A stretch of 64,000 nt of DNA from Collinsella sp. (GCA_019414685.1 DXLQ01000001.1:1208-65207); one strand, 5' to 3'. Counted from the first letter of the stretch, positions 39,237-48,221 are shown. The notes: a model not told the origin generated them from the letters alone. Program-made: numbers and translations.

Positions 39237-39686
39237 ATGAAGATCGTATCCATCTCCCAGGACTTCTTCGACCTCGTCGATGGCGACCGCGAGCTCATGC
39301 TTAAGCACAATCGCCCCTGCATCGTGGTGGTGAGGCTGCGTTTCCGCGGAAAGCGCAGGGACTTCGCTGTGCCGCTGCGTTCCAACATCGCCCCTAACGT
39401 GCCCAAAGACCAGTACTTTGCGTTGCCACCCCGCCCCACGACGCGCCCCGGCTGCCGCCACGGCATCCACTACATCAAGATGTTCCCCATAACCAAGGCC
39501 CACCAGCGCCGCTTCAGGACCGAGGGCTCGGCCTACTACGAGACGCTCCAGCGCATCATCGATGGCAACACCAAGCGCATTGTCTCCGAGTGCCAGGCAT
39601 ACCTTGACCGCTACGAGCGCGAGGGAAGGCCTCGCTTTGCCGTCGACATCGACCGCATCGTGGGGCTGCTGGAGGGCGAGAAGTAG
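39237..39686 (+). CDS. Putative type III toxin-antitoxin toxin (TenpN/ToxN-like endoribonuclease), 149 aa
   Basis: K-x-NRP, DFAVPLRSNI, G-I-H-Y-I-KMFPI and C-terminal CQAYL..Y helix resemble type III toxin motifs; locus layout fits. Confidence 0.6.
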   Translation: MKIVSISQDFFDLVDGDRELMLKHNRPCIVVVRLRFRGKRRDFAVPLRSNIAPNVPKDQYFALPPRPTTRPGCRHGIHYIKMFPITKAHQRRFRTEGSAYYETLQRIIDGNTKRIVSECQAYLDRYEREGRPRFAVDIDRIVGLLEGEK

Positions 39687-39894
39687 GGCATCTCGGCTCA
39701 GTCTCGAGCCATGCGGAGTCGCTCCGCATTTTTGAACGCCGCGTGTGCGTCCCAAATACTTGAGAAACAAGCTGTGAAGTGCGGTGGCGCGCCCGTGCCC
39801 GTGCATAGCCGTCACCATCAGCGTCTACGCGGCGTCGGCTTCAAGTGGAACTGGCGCCGCTGCTGTATATGGTTTGCCTTGCTGCAAATGGCGA

Positions 39895-40314
39895 TCAATG
39901 CCCGCGATGCTTCTGCTTGCGCTTCAACTTTCGCTGCTCGAAGCGCGTCTCCGCCTCATCCGCGCGACGCTGACTTCTTGCTTGAGCCGACTCCCGCTTC
40001 ATTGCTTCCCGCTGTGCCGCGAGCGCCTGTTGCGCCTTGGTGCTCACCGCGGGCCGTTTAAGGGCTTTCGCTGCCTCGCGAGCGCGCCGCTTGGGGTTCT
40101 TCGCGGGCTTGCTTGTTTCGGTGGCCTTGTCGCCGAAGAACGAGAGCTTCTCCCATTCGCTTGTAACGAATCGCAGAATCTCCTCATCGGACGGCTCCGC
40201 GCCGAAGACGATGCGGGCGACGCCATACCTTCCGCTCTCGACGTGCTCCGCCAGCCCGACCCAGAATTGACCGTCGTGATATACGGTCAGGGTGGACGAC
40301 ACGCTGATCTGCAT
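39895..40314 (-). CDS. yjdF: YjdF family protein (DUF2992)
   Basis: LTVYHDGQFWVG, FGAEPSDEEI, KNPKR, STKAQQAL, KRKQKHRGH; AAAGGAGG SD. Confidence 0.92.
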   Translation of the reverse strand: MQISVSSTLTVYHDGQFWVGLAEHVESGRYGVARIVFGAEPSDEEILRFVTSEWEKLSFFGDKATETSKPAKNPKRRAREAAKALKRPAVSTKAQQALAAQREAMKRESAQARSQRRADEAETRFEQRKLKRKQKHRGH

Positions 40315-40345
40315 GGTTGGTTCCTCCTTTATGTAGATGACCATG

Positions 40346-40433
40346 CAGAGAAGGGACAACCAAGGAGGCAGGTTACTGATGCGGACTAGCGCACGCCCAC
40401 GACTACCCGACGGGGACTGTGTTTTCATCTCTG
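40346..40433 (-). ncRNA. yjdF (azaaromatic) riboswitch
   Basis: Minus strand CAGAGATG-AAAACAC...GGTAGTC...TCAGTAACCTGCCTCC...TGTCC-CTTCTCTG: conserved yjdF blocks, directly 5' of yjdF. Confidence 0.88.
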
Positions 40434-40526
40434 GTGGTTGGATTGTGGCACGTGCGAATGCGCCCGGCATCGCTGCTGACATGGCGCTACTGGGATTCGC
40501 TCCTCGATGCATCCTTGTGTACATTG

Positions 40527-40577
40527 CCTTCTCGGTTTCGAAACTTTAGAAATAATCGAGTTTCGAAACCGAGAAGG
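40527..40577. promoter_or_regulatory. Perfect 19-bp inverted repeat overlapping the SD of an AAA ATPase remnant
   Basis: CCTTCTCGGTTTCGAAACT-N13-AGTTTCGAAACCGAGAAGG; each arm contains palindrome GTTTCGAAAC. Confidence 0.7.
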
Positions 40578-40585
40578 AGTGGATT

Positions 40586-40853
40586 ATGGCTTGGGTAGAC
40601 CGCAATACGTACCGACTCCACCGTGTTGGAGAGGCTGGCCGAGTACATGATGGACAACTCCGGCAACCTCAACTCGCCCAACAACATCGCCAACGTCCTC
40701 GACGCCAACAAGGTTCCCACCAACCACGTCATCGTCGGGCGCTACATCTCCTACCTCCGTGACGCCTTCGTCTTCTATGAGGCGAAGCGCTACGACATCA
40801 AGGGAAAGAAGTACATCACTAACCGAAGAGGACTCCTCACCGAATTCCCTTGA
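40586..40853 (+). pseudogene. Internally deleted AAA_14/DUF4143-type ATPase
   Basis: Start MAWVDRNTY joined out of frame to internal LERLAEYMMDNSGNL...YISYLRDAFVFYEAKRYDIKGKKY; no Walker motifs. Confidence 0.7.
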
Positions 40854-40865
40854 GATCGGTCGGCA

Positions 40866-41306
40866 TTATCGAGCGTGCGCGTTCTCGTAGGCGCCTTTGA
40901 TTTCTTCCGGCAAATTGTCGGGAATCAGCGCTTCCAGCCTATCCTCGCTGCCATCTTGAATCGCCTGCTCGTAGTACCAGCATTTGAATCTCAGCATATC
41001 CAGCGCACGGTTCATGTTCGCGATTTCCGACTCCATGTGGGCCTTCCGCTCCTCGAACATGGCCTTGCGCTGGGGGTAAGTGGACGGGCCCTCCGCACAC
41101 CATTCCATGAACAGACGGATGTCCTTGATCTCCATCCCCGCTTTCTTCAGACATTCGATGACCCGAAGCGCCTCGAGTTCCGTATCGCCAAATTGGCGAA
41201 TGCCGGACGTCCGCTCCAGCCCCGGGAACAATCCCTGCTTGTCGTAATACCGCAGCGTTGAGGCGGGCAAGCCGAACATTTCCGCCACCTGTCCGATTGT
41301 GTACAT
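40866..41306 (-). CDS. MerR-family regulator (AdhR/NmlR-like)
   Basis: YTIGQVAEMFGLPASTLRYYDKQGL, IECLKKAGMEIKDI. Confidence 0.92.
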   Translation of the reverse strand: MYTIGQVAEMFGLPASTLRYYDKQGLFPGLERTSGIRQFGDTELEALRVIECLKKAGMEIKDIRLFMEWCAEGPSTYPQRKAMFEERKAHMESEIANMNRALDMLRFKCWYYEQAIQDGSEDRLEALIPDNLPEEIKGAYENAHAR

Positions 41307-41337
41307 GGCCCCTCCGAATAAATCTCGAATTCATTCC

Positions 41338-41368
41338 TTGACCTAAAGTTAGGTTTAGGTATTACCTT
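41338..41368 (+). promoter_or_regulatory. MerR-type promoter with 19-bp spacer and operator dyad
   Basis: TTGACC, 19 bp, TACCTT; dyad ACCTAAA-n6-TTTAGGT (41341-41360). Confidence 0.7.
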
Positions 41369-41411
41369 CATTCTCGTCAATACAAATCGGTAGCGCAAGG
41401 GGTGGTCCGTA

Positions 41412-41510
41412 ATGGGCAAAACGGTTTTCGCCGGCGGCGTGAACGGCGTGGGCGAAATCGCTGGGCACCCTGCTCTTGAGCAGGCGCGACGAATGGGCAT
41501 GGGAATCTAG
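41412..41510 (+). pseudogene. Internally deleted flavodoxin-family gene remnant
   Basis: MGK fused to TVFAGGVNGVGEIAGHPALEQARRMGMGI, resembling a flavodoxin C-terminus. Confidence 0.55.
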
Positions 41511-41574
41511 GCGGGCCACTTGGCCATGCGTAAACAGATTCGTGTCCAGAACCATCGATAGGAGGAAATCGATC

Positions 41575-42342
41575 ATGGCAATTAAACAGACGGCGGGCAG
41601 AGACGCCCTGGGGGATTTTGCCCCCAAATTCGCTCAGCTCAATGACGATGTGCTGTTCGGCGAGGTGTGGAGCCGAGAAGATGGGCTTTCCCTTCGAGAC
41701 CGCAGCGTGGTGACGGTGGTGGCCCTAATGGCGCAGGGGCTGACGGACTCTTCGTTCCAATATCATCTGATGTCCGCAAAGAGCAACGGGGTGACCAGGG
41801 CTGAGATAGCGGAAATCCTTACGCATGCGGCGTTTTACGCGGGATGGCCCAAGGCGTGGGCGGCCTTTCGCATGGCGAAGGAGGTCTGGGCGGACGAAGA
41901 TGACGGCGCCGACGCAAAGGCCCGACACCAAAACGAGATGGCCTTTCCCATCGGTGCCCCCAACGACGCATTTGCGAAGTACTTTATCGGGCAAAGCTAC
42001 CTCGTGCCCCTTTCCACCGAGCAGGTCGGCATTTACAACGTTACGTTCGAGCCCGGCTGCCGCAACAACTGGCACATCCATCACGCCAAAAGCGGTGGCG
42101 GACAGATCCTCGTCTGCGTGGCTGGTCGAGGGTTTTATCAGGAATGGGGCAAACCGGCACAGGAGCTGCGCCCTGGCGATGTAGTAAATATTCCCGCGGG
42201 CGTAAAGCATTGGCACGGAGCCGCGCCCGACAGCTGGTTCTCCCATCTCGCGCTGGAGGTTCCGGGTGAGGAGACCTCCAACGAGTGGTTGGAGCCCGTG
42301 GACGACGAGGAATACCTTACAGCGACTGACAAGGAGGCTTAA
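41575..42342 (+). CDS. Carboxymuconolactone decarboxylase-like (CMD) plus cupin fusion
   Basis: LNDDVLFGEVWSR, AFYAGWPKAW; NVTFEPGCRNNWHIH, IPAGVKHWHGA. Confidence 0.9.
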   Translation: MAIKQTAGRDALGDFAPKFAQLNDDVLFGEVWSREDGLSLRDRSVVTVVALMAQGLTDSSFQYHLMSAKSNGVTRAEIAEILTHAAFYAGWPKAWAAFRMAKEVWADEDDGADAKARHQNEMAFPIGAPNDAFAKYFIGQSYLVPLSTEQVGIYNVTFEPGCRNNWHIHHAKSGGGQILVCVAGRGFYQEWGKPAQELRPGDVVNIPAGVKHWHGAAPDSWFSHLALEVPGEETSNEWLEPVDDEEYLTATDKEA

Positions 42343-43165
42343 ATACCTTCGTCACCCGCGCCGCCGCGAGCAGCGTGCGCAAATCGGTCCGAATCGCCTC
42401 CGCCTTGTTTCCGAGCTGCAACGGGGCCGAGTCGCCCGAGATGTTTACGCTCAGTAGGTGCGCATCCGGTAGCTTTGCGGTCATGCTCCAGAACGGGAGC
42501 GTGATGATGCCGGGGGTCATCTCGCCCACGCCGAGCTCCAGCAACAGCACGCGGCTACTACCACGCTCGCGCGCGAAGTGCTCATATCGTTCGAGGCCCT
42601 TGCGCCATGCCGTGCCCTGCAAAAACGTGTCGTCGCGCACCCACGGCACAAGCTGCCAACCGCAGTGCGGGCATCGGGGGACATTCTCGCTGCGGATCTC
42701 GAACCCCGCCATGCCTGCGAGCATGCGCTCGACGTAGGGACTCGCATCGAAGATCTCGTCGCAGCATGGTTGCTTGCACTGAAGGTGTGCGAAGCTTCCC
42801 TGATAGTTGCAGGTCCTCTCGGCAGGAAACGTCTTCTCAACCTGGGTGTCCACATTGGTGCTCAGGATGAAGTAATCCTTATGGCCGATGAGGGACCGCA
42901 GGTCGAGATAGGGTTGTGAGGCCGGCTCGCGCAGCATGAAATCGATGTATCGCGCGTAGTAGGCCCATTGCTGCTCGAGGCTGGGGTAGAGGTGATAGAA
43001 GCCGTCGAAAAGGCTCTTGAAGCCAAAGGCTTTCTGCCAGTCCGCCATTCCGGCACACGTCATGCCCGCATGGTTGTAATGGTTGAACCCGGCGGCGCTC
43101 GACATACCCGAGCCGATGCCGACGATGATGGCGTCGGCATCGTCGATGAGGCTTCGAAGCCTCAT
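42317..43165 (-). CDS. SIR2-family protein, class-M-like (copy 3)
   Basis: GIGSGMSSAAG, STNVD, YQGSF..LQC..PCC, PRCPHCG, LLELGVG.MTP; alternative start 43189. Confidence 0.85.
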   Translation of the reverse strand: MRLRSLIDDADAIIVGIGSGMSSAAGFNHYNHAGMTCAGMADWQKAFGFKSLFDGFYHLYPSLEQQWAYYARYIDFMLREPASQPYLDLRSLIGHKDYFILSTNVDTQVEKTFPAERTCNYQGSFAHLQCKQPCCDEIFDASPYVERMLAGMAGFEIRSENVPRCPHCGWQLVPWVRDDTFLQGTAWRKGLERYEHFARERGSSRVLLLELGVGEMTPGIITLPFWSMTAKLPDAHLLSVNISGDSAPLQLGNKAEAIRTDLRTLLAAARVTKVFKPPCQSL

Positions 43166-43176
43166 CGCTTCTCTTT

Positions 43177-43875
43177 CTAGAGGTGGCATCGAACGATCTC
43201 CTCGAAAGCCGGGGTCATATCGCCGTCAACGAGAATTGTCTCGCACGAAGCGTCGGGCGTCAGAGCCTGACTGTAGTTGAACACGATGTAGGTGGCGTGT
43301 TCGCAGGCGTTCGCGACCCGAGCGAGCATGCGCTTTATGACGCCGTTGCGCAGCCCCACGCCAAGTTCGAGGATGGCAACCTTGTGGTTGCGATGCGCTT
43401 GCACAAGGTGCGCGAGATCTTCGAGCTGCGCCATGGCGAGGGCATCTGGGTGGGCGAGACGCTGCTCGTCAATCGACGTGCACGTACTCCCCTCCGTCTC
43501 GAGCACGTGGTTCTCGTTGAACCCTGCGCGTGCGAAGTGCCCGTCAATATTGCATGTGATCACGAAGGTATCAGCGTGCTCCGTAAGATGCCGCAGCCCG
43601 TTCATGATTGGGCCGGGCTCATACTCGACATACTCCTTTTGATGGAATCGATCGGCCCATCGGCGTCGCACGTTTGCATCCGGAGAGGTGAGCCCCTGCA
43701 GTATGCAGCCGATGCCATCAGCCTGGGCGAGGTCTCCGTACGCTTCTTGGAAATGAGCATCGGCGTAGAAGAGGTTGAGCCCCTCTGCCATGTCGAGCCC
43801 GTTGCTGGCGCCGATGATGATAAGATCCGCCTCGGCAAGTGCCTGGCCGATACGAACCGCTTTTATCGTTTCCAT
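43177..43875 (-). CDS. SIR2-family protein, short, lacking the Zn-binding insert (copy 2)
   Basis: IGASNGLDMAEG, ITCNIDGHF, ETEGS, ILELGVG; no CxxC. Confidence 0.8.
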   Translation of the reverse strand: METIKAVRIGQALAEADLIIIGASNGLDMAEGLNLFYADAHFQEAYGDLAQADGIGCILQGLTSPDANVRRRWADRFHQKEYVEYEPGPIMNGLRHLTEHADTFVITCNIDGHFARAGFNENHVLETEGSTCTSIDEQRLAHPDALAMAQLEDLAHLVQAHRNHKVAILELGVGLRNGVIKRMLARVANACEHATYIVFNYSQALTPDASCETILVDGDMTPAFEEIVRCHL

Positions 43876-43878
43876 GCG

Positions 43879-44844
43879 CTACCTACCCAGCGTCTTGCGC
43901 ACGTCGGCGAGCACGTCGGCGATATCGGCACGAACGGCGAGCCCCCGATCCTCGATTGCACGGGGGAGAAACTGCGTCCTGTTGTTCACGGCGATGTAGC
44001 CAGCCTGCGGCAACTGCGCCGTGAGGGCCCAGAACGGCTCCTGGATAAACGCAGGCGTCATGCGGCCCACGCCCAGCTCGAGGAAAAGGATCCTCTGCCG
44101 CGCGTGCGCGTCGAGCCAGTCGGACACCTTGCGGTACTGCTCCTCGTAGAGCTCGCCCTGCAGGAAGTTGCCGTAGCCGCGAACCCAAGGGAACGCCTCT
44201 GCCCCGCAGTGCGGGCAGCGTGGCACGAATTCTGTCGGAACCTCAAGGCCGTCTCCCATGGCCTCTACCATGCGGGAGACCGGCTCGACCGCGTCCCACA
44301 CCTCGCCGGTGCAACAGTGGGAGCACTGGAAGAAGCGGTGATCGCCTTGGATCTCTGCTACCTTCTCCCAAGGGTAGATTTTCATGAACTGCGTGTCCTG
44401 GTTGGTGGTGAGAACGAAGAAGTCTTTCTCGGTAAGAATGGCGTCGAGATCTTTGTAGGGCTCGCGCAGCGGGGCGTTGAGCGTGGTGTCGAGGAAGGTG
44501 GCAAGGTAGCCCCAGCGCGACTCGGCGGTGGGCCAGCGGTAGGACGACCCTTCAAAAGCGCCCCTGAAACCGTAGCGCTCGGCGAATTTGCCGAAATGCC
44601 TGCGATAGGTCGCGTTGTCTTCGTAGTAGAAGTCGCCGCCGCCCGCCGCGGAGAGCCCAGAGGCCCCGCCTACAAGCACGCAATCGGCTTCATCGATCAT
44701 GCGGGCAAACGTTTCGATTTGCTGGTCGTAGCGCTCGGGCTCGCGGGCACTCAGTTCATAGGGCGTGCCGCCGGTGCGGTAGGCGGCCTGATGGGAAAAC
44801 GATTGGTTGGTGAGTTCGATAACGAGCCGCTCGTATAGAGTCAC
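43879..44844 (-). CDS. SIR2-family protein, class-M-like (copy 1)
   Basis: GGASGLSAAGG, LTTNQD, IQGDHRFFQCSHCC, PRCPHCG, FLELGVGRMTP; GTG 44844 after GAAAGAGAG. Confidence 0.85.
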   Translation of the reverse strand: MTLYERLVIELTNQSFSHQAAYRTGGTPYELSAREPERYDQQIETFARMIDEADCVLVGGASGLSAAGGGDFYYEDNATYRRHFGKFAERYGFRGAFEGSSYRWPTAESRWGYLATFLDTTLNAPLREPYKDLDAILTEKDFFVLTTNQDTQFMKIYPWEKVAEIQGDHRFFQCSHCCTGEVWDAVEPVSRMVEAMGDGLEVPTEFVPRCPHCGAEAFPWVRGYGNFLQGELYEEQYRKVSDWLDAHARQRILFLELGVGRMTPAFIQEPFWALTAQLPQAGYIAVNNRTQFLPRAIEDRGLAVRADIADVLADVRKTLGR

Positions 44845-44987
44845 TTGATACTCTCTTTCAACTACAATGAACAGGTGTCTATAAAAAGTATCAGTGTTGA
44901 TTTGCGTCAGAGCAATGAACAGTTCCGAGCTGCTGTCGATAAACGAGCGGCTTCTGGATATTGTTGAGCGCTGCAATTGGAGGGGCC

Positions 44988-45599
44988 ATGGAATCGGGGA
45001 AGATCGATCGTCGCCGACGCTATACGCTTTCGGTCATACGGGAGGCGTTCTTTGCGCTGCTGGCCGAGGTCGGCTTCGCGAAGATGACGGTGGCGGATAT
45101 TTGCCGCTGTGCCGATATCAACCGCGGCACGTTCTATTTGCACTACGAGGACAAGTTCGCGCTGCTTGATGCACTTATCGACGAGGCCCTGGCGGCGGCG
45201 CCCCCGCTTGAGGGAACGGAGGCGGAGGCTCTCTGCCAGCGCCCGCCGGCAAACGATGACTATTATCTGCTCTACTCGGATGACGATGCATACGCCCGGG
45301 TGGCACAGCGCGTCGTCGAGCGCGGCGCTGAGCAGATGGTTCCCTCGATCATGGAGGAGACCGGGCTCTCGCGCGAGGACGCCTATCTGCTCTTCGTTCA
45401 CAACGTCCAGGGAAATCTCGCGGTCAACCGCCTACTCGGTTGGAGGCGAGGGCCCGAGTTCGCCCACGCCCAGGAGCTGCTCAGCGCCTATTCCGAAGGG
45501 GGCATGCGGGCGGTATCGGCCCCTTGCACACCGATCGCGAATTGGAACATGATAGCGTCGTCGGCCGTGAAGGCATCAAGGGATCCCTGCTTGACCTGA
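44988..45599 (+). CDS. TetR/AcrR-family regulator, divergent from the sirtuin operon
   Basis: DRRRRYT...MTVADICRCADINRGTFYLHYEDK; GGAGG SD. Confidence 0.9.
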   Translation: MESGKIDRRRRYTLSVIREAFFALLAEVGFAKMTVADICRCADINRGTFYLHYEDKFALLDALIDEALAAAPPLEGTEAEALCQRPPANDDYYLLYSDDDAYARVAQRVVERGAEQMVPSIMEETGLSREDAYLLFVHNVQGNLAVNRLLGWRRGPEFAHAQELLSAYSEGGMRAVSAPCTPIANWNMIASSAVKASRDPCLT

Positions 45600-45895
45600 A
45601 TGCAGACGTATGTGATGCCCGAGTCGGATGCGGCGCGGAACTGACGGTGTGCGGCGGGGGAAATGCGCAGCCAGTCGCCGGCTGCAAGCTCGATTTCCTC
45701 ACCGTCGATCGTGACCGAGCCGGCGCCTTCGAGCACGCCATAGATTTCCTCGTTTTCCTTGTGTGCATGGACGAACGGAACGCCAGCGCCGGCGGGAAGA
45801 TTGTTGACACTCACCTCTGCCCCGGTAAGCCCGAGCACTTCGTGCAGCTCGACACGGCTCTCATTACCGATGTGGGTCCTTGCATAATTAGCCAT
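45488..45895 (-). CDS. Cupin-domain protein
   Basis: LTGAEVSVNNLP, PFVHAHKENEEIY, GDWLRISP. Confidence 0.85.
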   Translation of the reverse strand: MANYARTHIGNESRVELHEVLGLTGAEVSVNNLPAGAGVPFVHAHKENEEIYGVLEGAGSVTIDGEEIELAAGDWLRISPAAHRQFRAASDSGITYVCIQVKQGSLDAFTADDAIMFQFAIGVQGADTARMPPSE

Positions 45896-45978
45896 AATGG
45901 TTCCTCTCTTTGGGTTGATGTACCTTGCAGGCATCTCCTGCGTGAGTTATATTCAACGCGAAGGCGAATGCAAATACG

Positions 45979-46006
45979 AGTACGCACATATTTGTAACTG
46001 CGTACT
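45979..46006. promoter_or_regulatory. Candidate HxlR-family operator
   Basis: AGTACGCA-N12-TGCGTACT between divergent cupin and HxlR genes. Confidence 0.55.
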
Positions 46007-46049
46007 TTTTTGTGAAACCGGTATGGTCAAGGAGGTTGGGTCTCCCGTG

Positions 46050-46373
46050 ATGGCGAAAGAGGAGCTTCCGGAGTGTCCGGTCGCAACGGCGGTAACGCTC
46101 ATTGGCGGCAAGTGGAAGCTGCTCATTATCCGTAACTTGCGCGTACGCCCTTGGCGTTTCAACGAGTTGCGCCGCGACCTCGAGGGGATCTCTCAGAAGG
46201 TGCTTACCGACAGCCTGCGGCAGATGGAGGATGATGGGCTGGTCTTTCGCCATGACTATGGCGAGAATCCTCCCCGCGTTGAGTATGGCCTTACCGAGCT
46301 CGGCCGCCAGATGATGCCCATCATGGACTCGCTCGCAGACTTCGGCGCTTATTACAAGACGGTCGTTTCGTAG
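46050..46373 (+). CDS. HxlR-family winged-helix regulator
   Basis: CPVATAVTLIGGKWK, RFNELRR, GISQKVLT, PPRVEYGLT. Confidence 0.92.
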   Translation: MAKEELPECPVATAVTLIGGKWKLLIIRNLRVRPWRFNELRRDLEGISQKVLTDSLRQMEDDGLVFRHDYGENPPRVEYGLTELGRQMMPIMDSLADFGAYYKTVVS

Positions 46374-46599
46374 CGGACACGCTGCTTAGGGGGCGGAGAA
46401 CCGCTACGAGTACGGTAGCGGTACTCCTACGGCCGCTGTCGTTCCCGCAGGATTAGAGCGGAAGGAGACTGCAATGGGGTCGTCCGCCCCACAAGAAGGC
46501 CCTCTCTTCCCGGTATGGCGCCGACATGCGCACGCCGGCTCAAACTGCTCGATGCGCGAAGTGTTGTTATGGCTTCACTCAGCCTGCGGACGCCCAATC

Positions 46600-46747
46600 A
46601 TCCGTGCACCACATTCTGCCCATGTGCATGGGCGGCTGCCCCCACCGCCATATGGTCTCCGGCGAGCGCCGTTGCCCCTGGTTCAAAGACGACCCCGATG
46701 CCTACGTCCTCGCCAAAACTCGCGACGCCCGTAAGAGCCGCCAATAA
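46600..46747 (+). pseudogene. C-terminal fragment of a radical SAM/SPASM protein
   Basis: ILPMCMGGCP...RCP motif with no upstream radical SAM domain. Confidence 0.5.
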
Positions 46748-46853
46748 AACCTCCGGCCCTGCTTGGCCCTGGGAATAAACGTCAGACTTGCCCGATTCAC
46801 GCTTCGCGCAAGGGCCGTTCTACTTCCCAAACCTGATCTGTCTGTCGCACAGC

Positions 46854-47900
46854 TCAAGGGAGCCTGGGATACCTCTTTGATATCTTCCACGAACTACTGG
46901 AGTGCGGCACAGTCGGATGACTGGACCGTTTTCGTTGGAGCTTGGTTGTTTGCCTGTGTGAATGGCGTATTTGCTTTAGCTGGCGGTTGCGACGCCTTGT
47001 TGCGGAAATGCTAACTGATGCAACTACGCCACCGGCAACACTCAGGGCGACTGCTATCGCGCCGTTGTCGCCCGTAGCGGGTAGGGTGGTCCTGGCTGGT
47101 TTAGCTGCCGTTACTGCCTTGGTGGAAACGGGATTTGCCGCGGGCTTTTCTGTCTTGGGCTGCGGTGTGGGCTCGGGCTTGGTTTCCGGTTCGGGTTTGA
47201 CCTCTGGGATCGGCTTAACACTTGGATCGGGTTTGGAACCGCTCGTATCGGTTGCAATCAAGTGCACGTCACTGTCGAAGATGTAACGGATGTAGTAATC
47301 GTGCCGCGTCTCGTGCATAATCCCTTGCCCGCTGTCGAAGTCACGGTCAACGTGTGTGCCAAGGTGGGCTGAGCTGTTGAGGTTCAGCCTGTAAGGGATT
47401 TGGTCGTCGGCGTAACTGCCTGTAAAGACTACGGTTGCTCTAACGTGATTGTCGATCATGGTCAGGGCAATAGAGACGCTGGCCTCTTTGGGGTTCTCGG
47501 TTTTTATAAGGCCTTCGGTATCGGTGTCGATCTTGAAGAGAAGGACGGTGTCGTTAAGCCCGTAGATGAAGTCTTCGGGTTTGTCGGGGAAATCGTATAC
47601 AAACGCCTCATTCTGGACCAACATAAAGGCAGGAGGGAGCTCCAGGTCATAGTTATGGTCGACAACGGTGGTAGCTGTGAGGCTGCCTTCCGCGTTGGCT
47701 TCGTCGCAGGTAATGGGTGCTGCGACATCGGTTTCGGGCATTTCTGTCGCCAGTGCTGCGCAGGGTAGCAAAAGCAGTCCTGCCACAAGAATGCTTACTC
47801 CGAAGGCGGCGATTCTGGCGTCTGCATGACGCTTGACGTCGCGGATAGACAGGCCAGTCCGTTTGTTATGGGTCTGCGGTGCAACATGCTGTCCATACAT
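46854..47900 (-). CDS. LPXTG cell-wall-anchored surface protein
   Basis: Signal ...LLLLPCAALA, Pro/Lys/Glu linker, LPATG, TM, RRR; AAGGAG SD; unusually long tail after the anchor. Confidence 0.8.
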   Translation of the reverse strand: MYGQHVAPQTHNKRTGLSIRDVKRHADARIAAFGVSILVAGLLLLPCAALATEMPETDVAAPITCDEANAEGSLTATTVVDHNYDLELPPAFMLVQNEAFVYDFPDKPEDFIYGLNDTVLLFKIDTDTEGLIKTENPKEASVSIALTMIDNHVRATVVFTGSYADDQIPYRLNLNSSAHLGTHVDRDFDSGQGIMHETRHDYYIRYIFDSDVHLIATDTSGSKPDPSVKPIPEVKPEPETKPEPTPQPKTEKPAANPVSTKAVTAAKPARTTLPATGDNGAIAVALSVAGGVVASVSISATRRRNRQLKQIRHSHRQTTKLQRKRSSHPTVPHSSSSWKISKRYPRLP

Positions 47901-48221
47901 AAGACACTCCTTGTTCGTAGGCCGGTTTCCGCGGATCTATATTGCGCCTGGCCGATGCGGCTAGGCTCTTTCACGCGAACGCTTATGCGAGCAGGGAGAA
48001 AGCTCAAGCTAATTTTCTCACAGTCGATACTTTGCGAGCAACGATTTGCTGTTCAATTCTCGGAGAGAAAATCAAGGTGGCCGAGGAGTTATCAGGCAAT
48101 GAGATTGTGTCTAGAGAACACGAACGAGAGATGCGATCTACAGACGACTGAATAGCTCTATCCGTTTTGGTTACAACGAAATGTATGCCGCGCGCCTGCG
48201 GCATGAAGAAGGGAGATTCTT

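Noticed and set aside
42317..44844. Thoeris or DSR-type SIR2 defence system
   Set aside because: Sequences are class-M-like with Zn sites, and no TIR, SLOG, HerA or Argonaute partner is adjacent.
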